A stretch of 64,000 nt of DNA, taken from assembly GCA_045630455.1 (NCBI GenBank), contig JAZQTD010000030.1, positions 50,422 to 114,421 on the forward strand, written 5' to 3'. This document shows positions 53,221-62,273 of this stretch, in pieces (position 1 is the first letter of the stretch; every line of letters starts with the position of its first letter). A program made the position numbers and the translations under genes. Below the pieces are notes generated by a model that was not told where the DNA came from, ran no database searches, and saw nothing but the letters and a program-made list of their open reading frames with translations. The stretch comes from Candidatus Enterousia sp. (GTDB lineage: Bacteria; Pseudomonadota; Alphaproteobacteria; Rs-D84).

Positions 53221-53811
53221 ATGAAAACTGTTATGGATAAAGATTTGATTAAAAAGTTAGACAAGCCAATTGTTATGGTGGGCTTGATGGGGGCGGGCAA
53301 GACCAGTGTCGGGCGTGCGTTGGCGCGGCGATTGGGGGTCTTGTTTGTTGACTCGGATAAAGAGATAGAAGCTGCTGCTGGTTGCAGTGTGGTTGATATT
53401 TTTTCTTTGTATGGTGAGACAGAATTTCGTCGTGTAGAGCAACGGGTAATCGAACGTCTGTTGGATACAGAGCCGCGGGTCAAAGTTTTATCTACCGGCG
53501 AGGGGGCTTTTATAACGCCTGCTGTACGGGAAGTGTTATTGAAAAACGCGTTAACAATTTGGTTAAAGGCTGACTTGGAACTGCTTGTAAAAAGGACGAA
53601 ATCGCGTGATACACGTCCGCAACTTTTGCACGCAGACAGTCGTAAAATTTTGGGGCAATTGATTGACGAACGCTATCAGACGTATGCGATGGCGAACATT
53701 ATGGTTGAAACCCAAGACGAGAATTTGCGCAAGACTTTGGACAAGGTTTTGCGTGCAATAAAACAGCATATAACAAAAGGAAGTAAAAATGGCAGTAAAG
53801 AAACTTGTTAA
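53221..53811 (+). CDS. aroK: shikimate kinase
   Basis: Reads IVMVGLMGAGKTSVGRALARRLGVLFVDSDKEIE, GETEFRRVE, STGEGAF. Confidence 0.88.
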   Translation: MKTVMDKDLIKKLDKPIVMVGLMGAGKTSVGRALARRLGVLFVDSDKEIEAAAGCSVVDIFSLYGETEFRRVEQRVIERLLDTEPRVKVLSTGEGAFITPAVREVLLKNALTIWLKADLELLVKRTKSRDTRPQLLHADSRKILGQLIDERYQTYAMANIMVETQDENLRKTLDKVLRAIKQHITKGSKNGSKETC

Positions 53812-54352
53812 AGAATTTGGTTCTTTTATTCAGCGTGGCAATGCAATCGATATGGCTGTCGGTATCATTGTTGGTAGTGTGATGACCAGTGTGGTTAATT
53901 CGTTGGTAAAAGATGTCTTGATGCCACCAATTGGATTGTTGGTTGGTGGGGTTGATTTTTCCCAGTGGTTCTTTGTTCTGGGTGGGGGCGAAGCAGGGGC
54001 GACATATGAAACAATTGCCCAGGCCCAAGCTGCAGGTGCGACAACGTTGAACTTGGGACTGTTTTTGAATTCGATTGTTAGTTTCTTGATTACTATGTTC
54101 GCGATTTTCTTGTTTGTGCGTACAGTGAACAAGGCTCGCGCCAAAGCACCGGTAACAACGCATCCGTGTCCGTACTGTAAATCGTCTATTAATAACGCGG
54201 CAACGAAATGTCCATTCTGTTGTTCAGATGTAGAACCGGTTGAAACGGCGGCTGTGGGTGAAAGTGAGTTGGAAAAAAGTCTGAAAAATGTAAAGAATTT
54301 GGCAGTTGGTCAAATTAAGAAAATTAAAAAGATTACAAAGGGTAAAAAGTAA
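53789..54352 (+). CDS. mscL: large-conductance mechanosensitive channel MscL with C-terminal zinc-ribbon extension
   Basis: The N-terminal 130 aa read FIQRGNAIDMAVGIIVGSVMTSVVNSLVKDVLMPPIGLL, then GLFLNSIVSFLITMFAIFLFV. The extra tail reads CPYCKSSINNAATKCPFCCSDV. Confidence 0.88.
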   Translation: MAVKKLVKEFGSFIQRGNAIDMAVGIIVGSVMTSVVNSLVKDVLMPPIGLLVGGVDFSQWFFVLGGGEAGATYETIAQAQAAGATTLNLGLFLNSIVSFLITMFAIFLFVRTVNKARAKAPVTTHPCPYCKSSINNAATKCPFCCSDVEPVETAAVGESELEKSLKNVKNLAVGQIKKIKKITKGKK

Positions 54353-54378
54353 TTTTTGATAATTTAGTTTAGTTTCTA

Positions 54379-54405
54379 AGAATGGGGCAAAAGCCCCATT
54401 CTTTA
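54379..54405 (+). terminator. intrinsic terminator
   Basis: AGAATGGGGCAAAAGCCCCATTCTTT after mscL. Confidence 0.7.
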
Positions 54406-54472
54406 TGTGATTTTAGGTGTGGTTGTGTCGGATTATGTATAGTTTTATGTAAAAAGGGTATTCTTTTTTGCG

Positions 54473-54495
54473 AAAATGGCGGATTCCTGCGGTTT
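54473..54495. repeat. direct repeat, left copy (AAAATGGCGGATTCCTGCGGTTT)
   Basis: Matches 55371-55394 (AAAATGGCGGATTTCTGCGGGTTT) with one substitution and one indel. Both copies are preceded by TGC(G/A)A. Confidence 0.7.
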
Positions 54496-55370
54496 TTGTG
54501 CGTTTCTTTGCAAAAAAAAACATCGTTTTGGGCGATCTGAGAGTACGGTGTGTGTTTCTTGTATGGGGTAAGGGTGGATTTTAGTGTTGGATTGGTTTGT
54601 GTGCTTGGGTTGTGTTTGGTTGTGTTGCAATAGTAATAGGTGGTCGTATGGTGTTTTTTTATAAGAGATGAGTTTTTTTATCATACGACCATATGGTTTG
54701 TAGGGTGCTGGTAGGATGCATTCTTTACCTGTGTTTATTCGGTGGGGGATGAGCCGAATTTTTGCAGGGTATTATGGATATACAAAAGGCGCATAATTTA
54801 TATTATGTATAGTTTGATATAGTGGATTGAAGTGCGTTTTGTTGAAAGTGTTGGGTTTCTGGGGTTTGGGGCGGTTTTGTTGTGTTTTTGTGTTTGTTGG
54901 TGTTGTTTTTTTTGTGTCTGTTTTGGTGATGAGTGTGTCAGGTTAATCGATTCTCAGCGCGATGAACGTATTCTTGTATGATTGGCAGATTTCTGCACCC
55001 TGTGGCGCGATTGTTTGTTGTGTCTGTGTTTGTGTTATCTTTGTATGTTCTGTGGTGGCGATGAGTTTTGGTTTGCATATATTTGTATGCTCTGGGTGCT
55101 GAAAATCGATCTGAGGTGTTGGTGTTTTTATGCTGTTTGCGATGCGCAGATATAAATTAAAAATTATTTTTAACTAATAAAAATATCATTCTGATTATAG
55201 ATTTATAATTGAATTTATGTGTTTTTGTAAATATGTGTGTTTTTGGGTGTTTTTGCGGATGTGTCTAATAGTGTTTTGTGATTTATGTGGCTGGAGTTGT
55301 GTTATAGAAAAAATACCAAAAAAGCACAAAAATGGCGTTTTGCCCCCTATTCTAGTACTAAAAAATGCAA

Positions 55371-55394
55371 AAAATGGCGGATTTCTGCGGGTTT
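55371..55394. repeat. direct repeat, right copy
   Basis: See the left copy at 54473-54495. Spacing is about 900 bp. Confidence 0.7.
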
Positions 55395-55499
55395 GCGGGC
55401 AAAAATAGCCCGATGGGGCGGTAAAAATGCCCCTTTTTGTGACGGGGCGGGCGATTATTCATATAAACAGGTTGCTATCTTAGCGTGTTGTGTTAATGT

Positions 55500-56048
55500 T
55501 TGTGGTGTGATAAATCAAGGGGGCTTTGTGTGTTTTCGCAAGATTATAAACTGAATGTTTTGGTATGTGATGGTTGTGCGTGTCGTTGTTCGTTGGGAGC
55601 TGTGGAAAAAGATAAAGGGTCTGGTGTGTTTTATCCGGTGATAAATGGGCGTACGATAGCAACTTGGACGGATGCGGACGGTGCGTCACAAAATTGGGGA
55701 AATTACGTTTATCAGAACAGAACGTCTGCTGCTGCCTTGGTAAGAGCACACCAAATTGCAAAAGTTTGTGATTATTATAAAACGGGCATAATGCCACAGT
55801 CTGGTTCTGTAAAATGCACGATGTGTAATTTGCCGGATTCAGAAAAGTGTGATTTGCATTGGATGCCGTATGCGGGTAAAGATTCTTTTTACGCGTCTAT
55901 TGGTGGTCCGCACTGCAGGTTTGGTAATATCCCTGTGGATGCTATGCTGGTGAAGACTACAAATGTTGAAGGCAAAACGACAACAGAAGTGCTGAATAAG
56001 TTGCGTATGTATATTGCTAAAAATTGTGATAATGCTAAATCGCGTTAA
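55500..56048 (+). CDS. cysteine-rich hypothetical protein
   Basis: 182-aa track ORF. The more likely start is GTG 55530, after AAGGGGG. It has about 13 Cys and is followed by a terminator. No family recognised. Confidence 0.5.
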   Translation: MWCDKSRGLCVFSQDYKLNVLVCDGCACRCSLGAVEKDKGSGVFYPVINGRTIATWTDADGASQNWGNYVYQNRTSAAALVRAHQIAKVCDYYKTGIMPQSGSVKCTMCNLPDSEKCDLHWMPYAGKDSFYASIGGPHCRFGNIPVDAMLVKTTNVEGKTTTEVLNKLRMYIAKNCDNAKSR

Positions 56049-56049
56049 T

Positions 56050-56076
56050 AAAAACCGCCCAAATGGGCGGTTTTTG
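56050..56076. terminator. bidirectional intrinsic terminator
   Basis: AAAAACCGCCCAAATGGGCGGTTTTT. Confidence 0.7.
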
Positions 56077-56089
56077 TGTTTTATATCCC

Positions 56090-56341
56090 CTATTTTGCGT
56101 TTCGTTTGTGGGAACAACAATATGTAGATATCTTTTTTGCTAATTCTTTTGCTTCGGCAGCGGTTTTGCACAAAGGCGTTGTATGATTTTTTCCGCTGTC
56201 GTCATGATATGCGGCAATGATGGTGTCTCCTAATACTGGTATGTAATATTGACTATTAATATCAAAAATGTATTCGTTTGTTATCGGTGCAGCATTAAAA
56301 GCACAGTTTCTTTTACAGCCGTTGCATTTTTCTAATATCAT
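56090..56341 (-). CDS. small cysteine-rich hypothetical protein
   Basis: 83 aa. CNGCKRNC near the N-terminus and CC near the C-terminus. Downstream of the ACP-fusion gene. Confidence 0.4.
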   Translation of the reverse strand: MILEKCNGCKRNCAFNAAPITNEYIFDINSQYYIPVLGDTIIAAYHDDSGKNHTTPLCKTAAEAKELAKKISTYCCSHKRNAK

Positions 56342-56448
56342 TTCTTGTCCTTATTCTTTTTAAAGCGGGTGCTTAGTATAGCTAAAAAATATAGCTTGGC
56401 AAGTTTTTTGTGTAGGATTCATGTCCATGTATAAAGGGTTTGTTTTGT

Positions 56449-57051
56449 TTACCGTTGGTTTGATTGTCTTTTATGTATATAATTTACTATATCTCCAATG
56501 GTTTGAAAACCACAAGTATCAGGCAAATATATGTGATATTTGTTTTCGATGTTTTGTATCGTTAAAAGTCTATCAAGAGAATCCATGCCTAGATCTGTTT
56601 CCAAATTGGTGCCAAGGGTTACTGTTTGCTTGGTGTCAGAAGATACGCGAATAATATCTTGAATTTCTTGTAATAGCAATTGGCGTTGTTTTTCATCGTA
56701 TTGTGCTGATGGAAATAATATTTTTCCCAGTCTGTTCTGAACGTATTTGTTTTTGCAATTACCGTTTGCCAGTTGATACAAGCAGTGTTTTGCACGATGT
56801 GCTGCATTTGCTGCTCTGTGTGTACATTGTTGGCATATATGGCCTTGTGGTTGTGCCAGTCCATTGATTGTTATGTTGTTGAAAGAAAAGTTTATTGTTA
56901 TTGGACCATAGCTCGTTTCTGGATCAGTATTGTTTGATGTTTTGTATAATAATTGTTCGAATTGGGCATGTGTTAATGTGCTGATTCCATATTTGTTTAA
57001 TGTTTTTTCACTGATATATTCTGGTGGTGTTAATTTGTATGTTTTTTGCAT
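56449..57051 (-). CDS. hypothetical protein with C-terminal acyl-carrier-protein (phosphopantetheine-binding) domain
   Basis: 200 aa. The C-terminal roughly 80 aa read LGTNLETDLGMDSLDRLLTIQNIENKY...IGDIVNYI, which is the ACP DSL motif. The N-terminal roughly 120 aa contain the Cys/His-rich segment CQQCTHRAANAAHRAKHC. Confidence 0.6.
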   Translation of the reverse strand: MQKTYKLTPPEYISEKTLNKYGISTLTHAQFEQLLYKTSNNTDPETSYGPITINFSFNNITINGLAQPQGHICQQCTHRAANAAHRAKHCLYQLANGNCKNKYVQNRLGKILFPSAQYDEKQRQLLLQEIQDIIRVSSDTKQTVTLGTNLETDLGMDSLDRLLTIQNIENKYHIYLPDTCGFQTIGDIVNYIHKRQSNQR

Positions 57052-57130
57052 AGCGCTAATCCTCTTTTTTATTAGTATAGACGAAATATAAATGTTGGCA
57101 AGTTTATTTTGTTGTGTTATTATTTGGTGT

Positions 57131-57841
57131 ATGAGACTGGATTTAGAATTAGTTCAAAGAGGATTGTATCCGACACGTGCGCGCGCGGTGGCGGCGATTG
57201 ATGCGGGGCTGGTGACGGTTAATGGAAAGCTTGCTAAGAAGCCGAGTCAGGCGGTTGTGGAAACGGATGTGGTTGTTGGTGGTGAATTGCCCTATTCTGT
57301 TGGTCGTGGCAGTTTGAAGTTGGCGCACGCGTTGGAGTATTTCAAGATAAGTCCAAATGGTTTGTTCTGTTTGGATATAGGGGCCAGTACGGGTGGTTTT
57401 ACAGATGTTTTGCTAAAAAATGGCGCAAAACGTGTCTATGCGGTTGATGTTGGAACAAATCAGTTGGCGGACGATTTGCGTAATAATCCGCGTGTGATTT
57501 CAATGGAACAGACAGATATTCGTGATGTTGTGCCGACAGAAACAGTGGATTTGATTGTGATTGATGTTTCTTTTATATCGTTGGCTAATATTGTCGAGTC
57601 TCTGCCCTGCTGGTCGCCGAAAAATGTAATCGCGTTGATTAAGCCCCAGTTTGAAGTGTCTCGTGAAATTGCGGCTAAATATAACGGAATTATCAAGTCG
57701 CCACAATTGCACCAAGAATCAATTGCGCGTGTTGTTTCGGCGTTTGAAAAGAGTGGCTTTCGATTGTGTGGTGTCACCCAATCACCAATCCAAGGTGGCA
57801 GTGGTAATACTGAATTCTTGGCGTGTTTTGAAAAAAAATGA
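57131..57841 (+). CDS. tlyA: TlyA family rRNA (cytidine-2'-O)-methyltransferase
   Basis: MRLDLELVQRGLYPTRARAVAAIDAGLVTVNG is an S4 domain. SAM motif LDIGASTGGFTDVLL. I prefer ATG 57131 over the track start at 57092. Confidence 0.88.
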   Translation: MRLDLELVQRGLYPTRARAVAAIDAGLVTVNGKLAKKPSQAVVETDVVVGGELPYSVGRGSLKLAHALEYFKISPNGLFCLDIGASTGGFTDVLLKNGAKRVYAVDVGTNQLADDLRNNPRVISMEQTDIRDVVPTETVDLIVIDVSFISLANIVESLPCWSPKNVIALIKPQFEVSREIAAKYNGIIKSPQLHQESIARVVSAFEKSGFRLCGVTQSPIQGGSGNTEFLACFEKK

Positions 57842-57913
57842 TTAAAGTCCCTTGAATTTATGGGGATTAGCGTATAAAATTTCAGTTAGTTTACAAAAAT
57901 ATAGGACGAAAAT

Positions 57914-60310
57914 ATGGCAGACGATATCAAAAAGATTCATGAACGTGAGGCAAAATGGCAAAAACGCTGGGCGGATGCGCGTGCATTCGTGCCAAAAGAT
58001 AATGATTCAAAACCGCGTTTTTACACGTTGGTGGAATTTCCGTTCTTGTCTGGTGCGGGTATGCATGCTGGGCATATGATGAATTATTCAGGAATTGATG
58101 TGCTGGCACGTTTTCGCCGTGCACGTGGTTATGATGTCTTGTTCCCAATGGGTTTTGATGCTATGGGAATTGCAGGTGAACATTATGCGACAAAAATTGG
58201 TAAGCACCCCGCAGATGTTGCCAAAGAATTAATAGAATCTTATTCTAAGATGATTGATCGTGTTGGCTGGTCGGTCAGTCCAGAAACGCGTGTTGCGACA
58301 TCTGATCCAGAATATGTTAAATGGACCCAGTGGATGTTTATTCAGTTTTACAAGGCGGGGTTGGCTTATAAATCTGCCCTGCCGATGAATTGGTGTCCGG
58401 CGTGTAAAACTAACCTGACGAACGAAGAATTAGAAGATGGTTGTTGTGAACGCTGTCACGGACCTGTTGAAAAGAAAATGAAAGTTCAGTGGAATCTGGC
58501 TTTGTCAAAGTACGCGGATAAGTTGCTGGACGGATTAAATGATGTTAATTTTGATGAACGTATTAAAAAAGACGAAGTTAACTTGATTGGTAAATCTCAC
58601 GGAGCAGATGTTGATTTCCGCGTTGGTGATGATATGATGACGGTTTATACAACGCGCGTTGATACTATATTCGGTGTGACGTTCTGTGTAATTGCGCCAG
58701 AACATAAATTGTTGGCTAAATGGCTGGACGAAGGCAAAATCACTAATGCAGACGAAGTACGTACGTATGTCAAAGAATCAGCGGCTAAATCCGAAATTGA
58801 ACGCACGGACGCAACCAAAGAAAAAACAGGTGTTCGCTTGGATGGCATAATGGCCTTAAATCCATATACAGGTAAAGAAATTCCAGTGTTTACATCAGAC
58901 TATGTTTTGGTTGATTATGCGTATGGTACGATTATGGCGGTGCCGGCACACGACAGTCGTGACTGGGATTTTGCAAAGAAATTTGGTCTGGAAATTATTC
59001 CAGTATTGGCGGGTGGCGAACCAGACAAAGTTTGGGAGGGTGACGGTGCGCATATAAATTCGTCTTTCTTGGACGGTATGGGCAAAGAGGACGCAATTGC
59101 CGCGGCTATTAAATATGGTGCTGAGCATGGATTTGCGCGTGGTACGACCAAGTATAAATTAAAAGACTGGGGATTTTCACGTCAAATGTACTGGGGTGAA
59201 CCTATTCCAATGGTGTACTGTGAAAAGTGTGGTTGGGTGCCAGTTGATGAATCTGAATTGCCAATTATGCAGCCATATATGGTGGACTATAAACCAACAG
59301 ACGAAGGTGAAGGACCGCTGGCACGTGCAACCGATTGGGTAAATACAACGTGCCCGCATTGTGGTGCACCTGCAAAACGCGAAACAGACACTATGCCGGG
59401 TTGGGCGGGTTCTTCGTGGTATTATCTACGTTATTTAGACCCAAAGAATGACAAAGAGTTTTGTTCGCGCAAGCAAATGGAAAACTGGATGCCGGTGACA
59501 CATTATAATGGTGGGCACGAACATAATACGCGTCACTTGATTTATTCGCGCTTTTGGCATCATGCGCTGTATGATTTAGGACTGGTCAATACATCGGAAC
59601 CATATGCGCGCCGTACCGCCCAAGGGCTGTTGATGGGGAACGACGGATATAAAATGTCAAAGTCACGTGGCAATGGATTTATGGTGGCGGATTTGGTGGA
59701 TTCTGTTGGCGCGGATGCGGGCCGTGTATCGGTTCTGTCTTTGGGACCATGGGAAAATAATGCTGTTTGGACAGATGGCGCATTGGCGGGCGTTCAGCGT
59801 TTCTTGAAACGTGTAGAAAATATGTCAGATAATTTGACTGGCGATGAAATGACCGCAGAACAAGAACGTCTGATGCATAAACTGATTGCGGATGTCACAG
59901 AACGTATTGATAATATGAAATTTAATACGGCGATTTCTGCGATGATGGAATATATAAATGCGTTCAGTGGTGGTATGCCCCGCCCTGCGTATGAAACGCT
60001 GGTGCGTGTTTTGAATCCGTTTGCGCCGCATTTGACCGAAGAAATGTGGGAAAAACTGGGCAATACAGAAATGCTGGCGATGTCAGATTGGCCAACGTTT
60101 GATGCGGCAAAATTGGTTGAAACGTCTATGACGATTGTCGCATCTGTAAATGGCAAACGTGGCGCTGAATTTGCCGCGCCTGTTGATATTGCCGAAGATA
60201 CCTTGATTGAAATGGCAAAAGGCGCATTGGGGGCGAAACTGGACGGCGCAACGATTATTAAAACAATTGTTGTTCCGAAAAAGTTAGTGAACTTTGTTGC
60301 GAAAAAGTAA
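57914..60310 (+). CDS. leuS: leucine--tRNA ligase
   Basis: 798 aa. HIGH-type GMHAGHMMNY, PMGFDAMGIAGE, and KMSKS as YKMSKSRGNG. Confidence 0.95.
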   Translation: MADDIKKIHEREAKWQKRWADARAFVPKDNDSKPRFYTLVEFPFLSGAGMHAGHMMNYSGIDVLARFRRARGYDVLFPMGFDAMGIAGEHYATKIGKHPADVAKELIESYSKMIDRVGWSVSPETRVATSDPEYVKWTQWMFIQFYKAGLAYKSALPMNWCPACKTNLTNEELEDGCCERCHGPVEKKMKVQWNLALSKYADKLLDGLNDVNFDERIKKDEVNLIGKSHGADVDFRVGDDMMTVYTTRVDTIFGVTFCVIAPEHKLLAKWLDEGKITNADEVRTYVKESAAKSEIERTDATKEKTGVRLDGIMALNPYTGKEIPVFTSDYVLVDYAYGTIMAVPAHDSRDWDFAKKFGLEIIPVLAGGEPDKVWEGDGAHINSSFLDGMGKEDAIAAAIKYGAEHGFARGTTKYKLKDWGFSRQMYWGEPIPMVYCEKCGWVPVDESELPIMQPYMVDYKPTDEGEGPLARATDWVNTTCPHCGAPAKRETDTMPGWAGSSWYYLRYLDPKNDKEFCSRKQMENWMPVTHYNGGHEHNTRHLIYSRFWHHALYDLGLVNTSEPYARRTAQGLLMGNDGYKMSKSRGNGFMVADLVDSVGADAGRVSVLSLGPWENNAVWTDGALAGVQRFLKRVENMSDNLTGDEMTAEQERLMHKLIADVTERIDNMKFNTAISAMMEYINAFSGGMPRPAYETLVRVLNPFAPHLTEEMWEKLGNTEMLAMSDWPTFDAAKLVETSMTIVASVNGKRGAEFAAPVDIAEDTLIEMAKGALGAKLDGATIIKTIVVPKKLVNFVAKK

Positions 60311-60313
60311 GTA

Positions 60314-60337
60314 AAAACGGGCGTTTGCCCGTTTTTG
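60314..60337 (+). terminator. intrinsic terminator
   Basis: AAAAACGGGCGTTTGCCCGTTTTT after leuS. Confidence 0.7.
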
Positions 60338-60348
60338 CTTAATAATTA

Positions 60349-60377
60349 TTGCTATTTTTGGGTTTTTGTATTATAAT
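60349..60377 (+). promoter_or_regulatory. sigma70-type promoter upstream of trpS
   Basis: TTGCTA, 17-nt spacer, TATAAT, leaving a roughly 140-nt leader before trpS. Confidence 0.45.
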
Positions 60378-60520
60378 TTAAAGTATGAGTTCAAAAAACT
60401 TTATCTTTTCTGTTGCATTTTGTTGGCGCGTTGTCGCCTAAGGTATCTTTTGTAGCCCATTTTTGGCTTTCATTTCATTAACAAATTCATTAAAATCAAA
60501 TACAAGAAAAGGTAAATATT

Positions 60521-61519
60521 ATGTCAAATACAGATAAAATCGTTTTAACGGGTATTAAACCCACAGGTATGCCACACTTGGGCAACTATATCGGCGCGTT
60601 GAAGCCGTTGATTGAACGTGCAAAAAGCAATAAAACTTTTATGTTTATTGCGGATTTGCACGCGCTGAATTCTATTCACGATGCGGAACAGATTAAACAG
60701 CATACGTATGAAATTGCGGCGCTGATGATTGCGTTGGGGCTGGATCTGAATAATGCAGTATTATTCCGCCAGTCTGATATTGATGAAATCTATCAGCTAA
60801 ACACGCTGTTATCTAATGTCACGCCTAAGGGGTTGATGAATCGTGCCCATTCGTACAAGGCGGCAATGGATAAAAACGCGGCGGCGGGCTTGGATATGGA
60901 TGCGGGGGTTAATATGGGGCTTTATACGTACCCTATTCTGATGACGGCTGATATATTGCTTTATAACTCGGACATTGTGCCGGTTGGTGCAGACCAAAAA
61001 CAGCACGTTGAATTTGCACGTGATATCGCGGGATATTTTAACAATACTTATGGCGAAATATTTAAGTTACCAGAACCAGTGATTGGTTCGGATACAGGGC
61101 TTATCCCGGGGCTGGACGGCCGTAAGATGAGTAAGTCTTATGATAATACAATCGCATTGTTCGCGCCGGAAAAAGAACTGAAAAAGAAAGTAATGCGTAT
61201 TATCACTGATTCCAAGACACCCGAAGAATCCAAAGAACCGGATACTTCGACAATTTATCAGTTGTACAAACATTTTGCGTCTGAATCTGAAATTGCAGAA
61301 TTTGCAGAAATGTTCCGTGCGGGTGGTATGGGATATGGAACAGCCAAAACAATATTGTTTGAAAAAATCAATTCTGTTTTGTCGGGACCGCGCAGTGAAT
61401 ATGAACGCTTGATGGCAAATTCAGCGGAAATTGATGCGGTTTTGGCGCGTGGTGCGGAATGTGCCCGTGCGGTCGCGCAACAAACAATGGCGCGCGTTAA
61501 AAAGGCAATGTTGGGTTAA
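60521..61519 (+). CDS. trpS: tryptophan--tRNA ligase
   Basis: 332 aa. Reads GIKPTGMPHLGNYIG (HIGH-type), GADQKQHVE, KMSKS (GRKMSKSYDN). Confidence 0.94.
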   Translation: MSNTDKIVLTGIKPTGMPHLGNYIGALKPLIERAKSNKTFMFIADLHALNSIHDAEQIKQHTYEIAALMIALGLDLNNAVLFRQSDIDEIYQLNTLLSNVTPKGLMNRAHSYKAAMDKNAAAGLDMDAGVNMGLYTYPILMTADILLYNSDIVPVGADQKQHVEFARDIAGYFNNTYGEIFKLPEPVIGSDTGLIPGLDGRKMSKSYDNTIALFAPEKELKKKVMRIITDSKTPEESKEPDTSTIYQLYKHFASESEIAEFAEMFRAGGMGYGTAKTILFEKINSVLSGPRSEYERLMANSAEIDAVLARGAECARAVAQQTMARVKKAMLG

Positions 61520-61538
61520 AGTGTAAAGGAGAGAGAAT

Positions 61539-62270
61539 ATGAAAAAAGCACTGACTTGGGTTGGAACGGTTATTGGAACAGCGGCGGTGTTAGCCCTGAT
61601 ATTTGGTGCATTGGAACGCCGTGAAGAGCCACGTACAATCGCGACCACTGGCGAATGTTTGGCGACTGCGCCACGTGATAAAACGGCAATTACGTTGCGT
61701 GTGACAACACTGGATAAATCGGCGGCCACATCTATGAAAATGGCAACAGCCAAGGTCGCAGAAATTACAGAATTCTTGAAAACTCAAGATGTTCAAATGC
61801 AGACTACGCAATTTAATTCGTATGAAAAAACAGAATGGAATCGTGAGCAGCAAAAATCTGTGACGCTGGGGATTGAAACAACAATTGCGGTCGAAGTTTC
61901 AGCCGACAATATAGAAACGATTGAAAAAATCTTGACCCAGTTCGCCGGGCAGACAAACGTGTTTTCCGAAGATTTGCGTATGTACACCAGTCCAGAAACG
62001 CTGAAGCCAATTGTCGAAGATTGTATGGGGCGTGCGGTTGAAAATGCGCGTTCGCGTGCGAATGCTTTGGCGGCAGGCGATGGAAAGCGTGCGGGGAAAA
62101 TGATAGCGGTGTCGTATGGGACGGAAACGGGTGGTGTTGTACGTACAACATCTACTTTGATGCGCAGTGCGAAGTTAGAAGTTGCCACTGCTATGGATGC
62201 GGCTGGCACAATCGTTAGTCGCGATACAGATGTGTCGGTCAACGTTTCTGCAATATTTGAAATACGGTAA
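61539..62270 (+). CDS. SIMPL/DUF541 (BP26-like) periplasmic protein
   Basis: 243 aa. N-terminal anchor or signal, then ITLRVTT..., and a C-terminal RARSRANALAAGDGKRAGKMIAVSYG pattern typical of SIMPL proteins. Confidence 0.6.
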   Translation: MKKALTWVGTVIGTAAVLALIFGALERREEPRTIATTGECLATAPRDKTAITLRVTTLDKSAATSMKMATAKVAEITEFLKTQDVQMQTTQFNSYEKTEWNREQQKSVTLGIETTIAVEVSADNIETIEKILTQFAGQTNVFSEDLRMYTSPETLKPIVEDCMGRAVENARSRANALAAGDGKRAGKMIAVSYGTETGGVVRTTSTLMRSAKLEVATAMDAAGTIVSRDTDVSVNVSAIFEIR

Positions 62271-62273
62271 GAA

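Larger units (their letters stand above)
54406..55529. other. roughly 1.1-kb ORF-poor segment with extreme G+T richness on the + strand
   Basis: Long runs contain almost no A or C (for example 54841-54935). Only low-complexity ORFs are present. Recurrent GGTG..GATGAG motifs. Bounded by the direct repeats listed below. Confidence 0.6.

Noticed and set aside
54445-55797. Track ORFs 54445-54684 (-), 55217-55408 (+), 55285-55554 (+) and 55480-55797 (-).
   Set aside because: These are low-complexity translations (runs of V/C/F/L/G, or of H/Q/T/K/P) produced by the extreme G+T strand bias. They have no RBS and no recognisable domains, and the last one is antisense to a better ORF.
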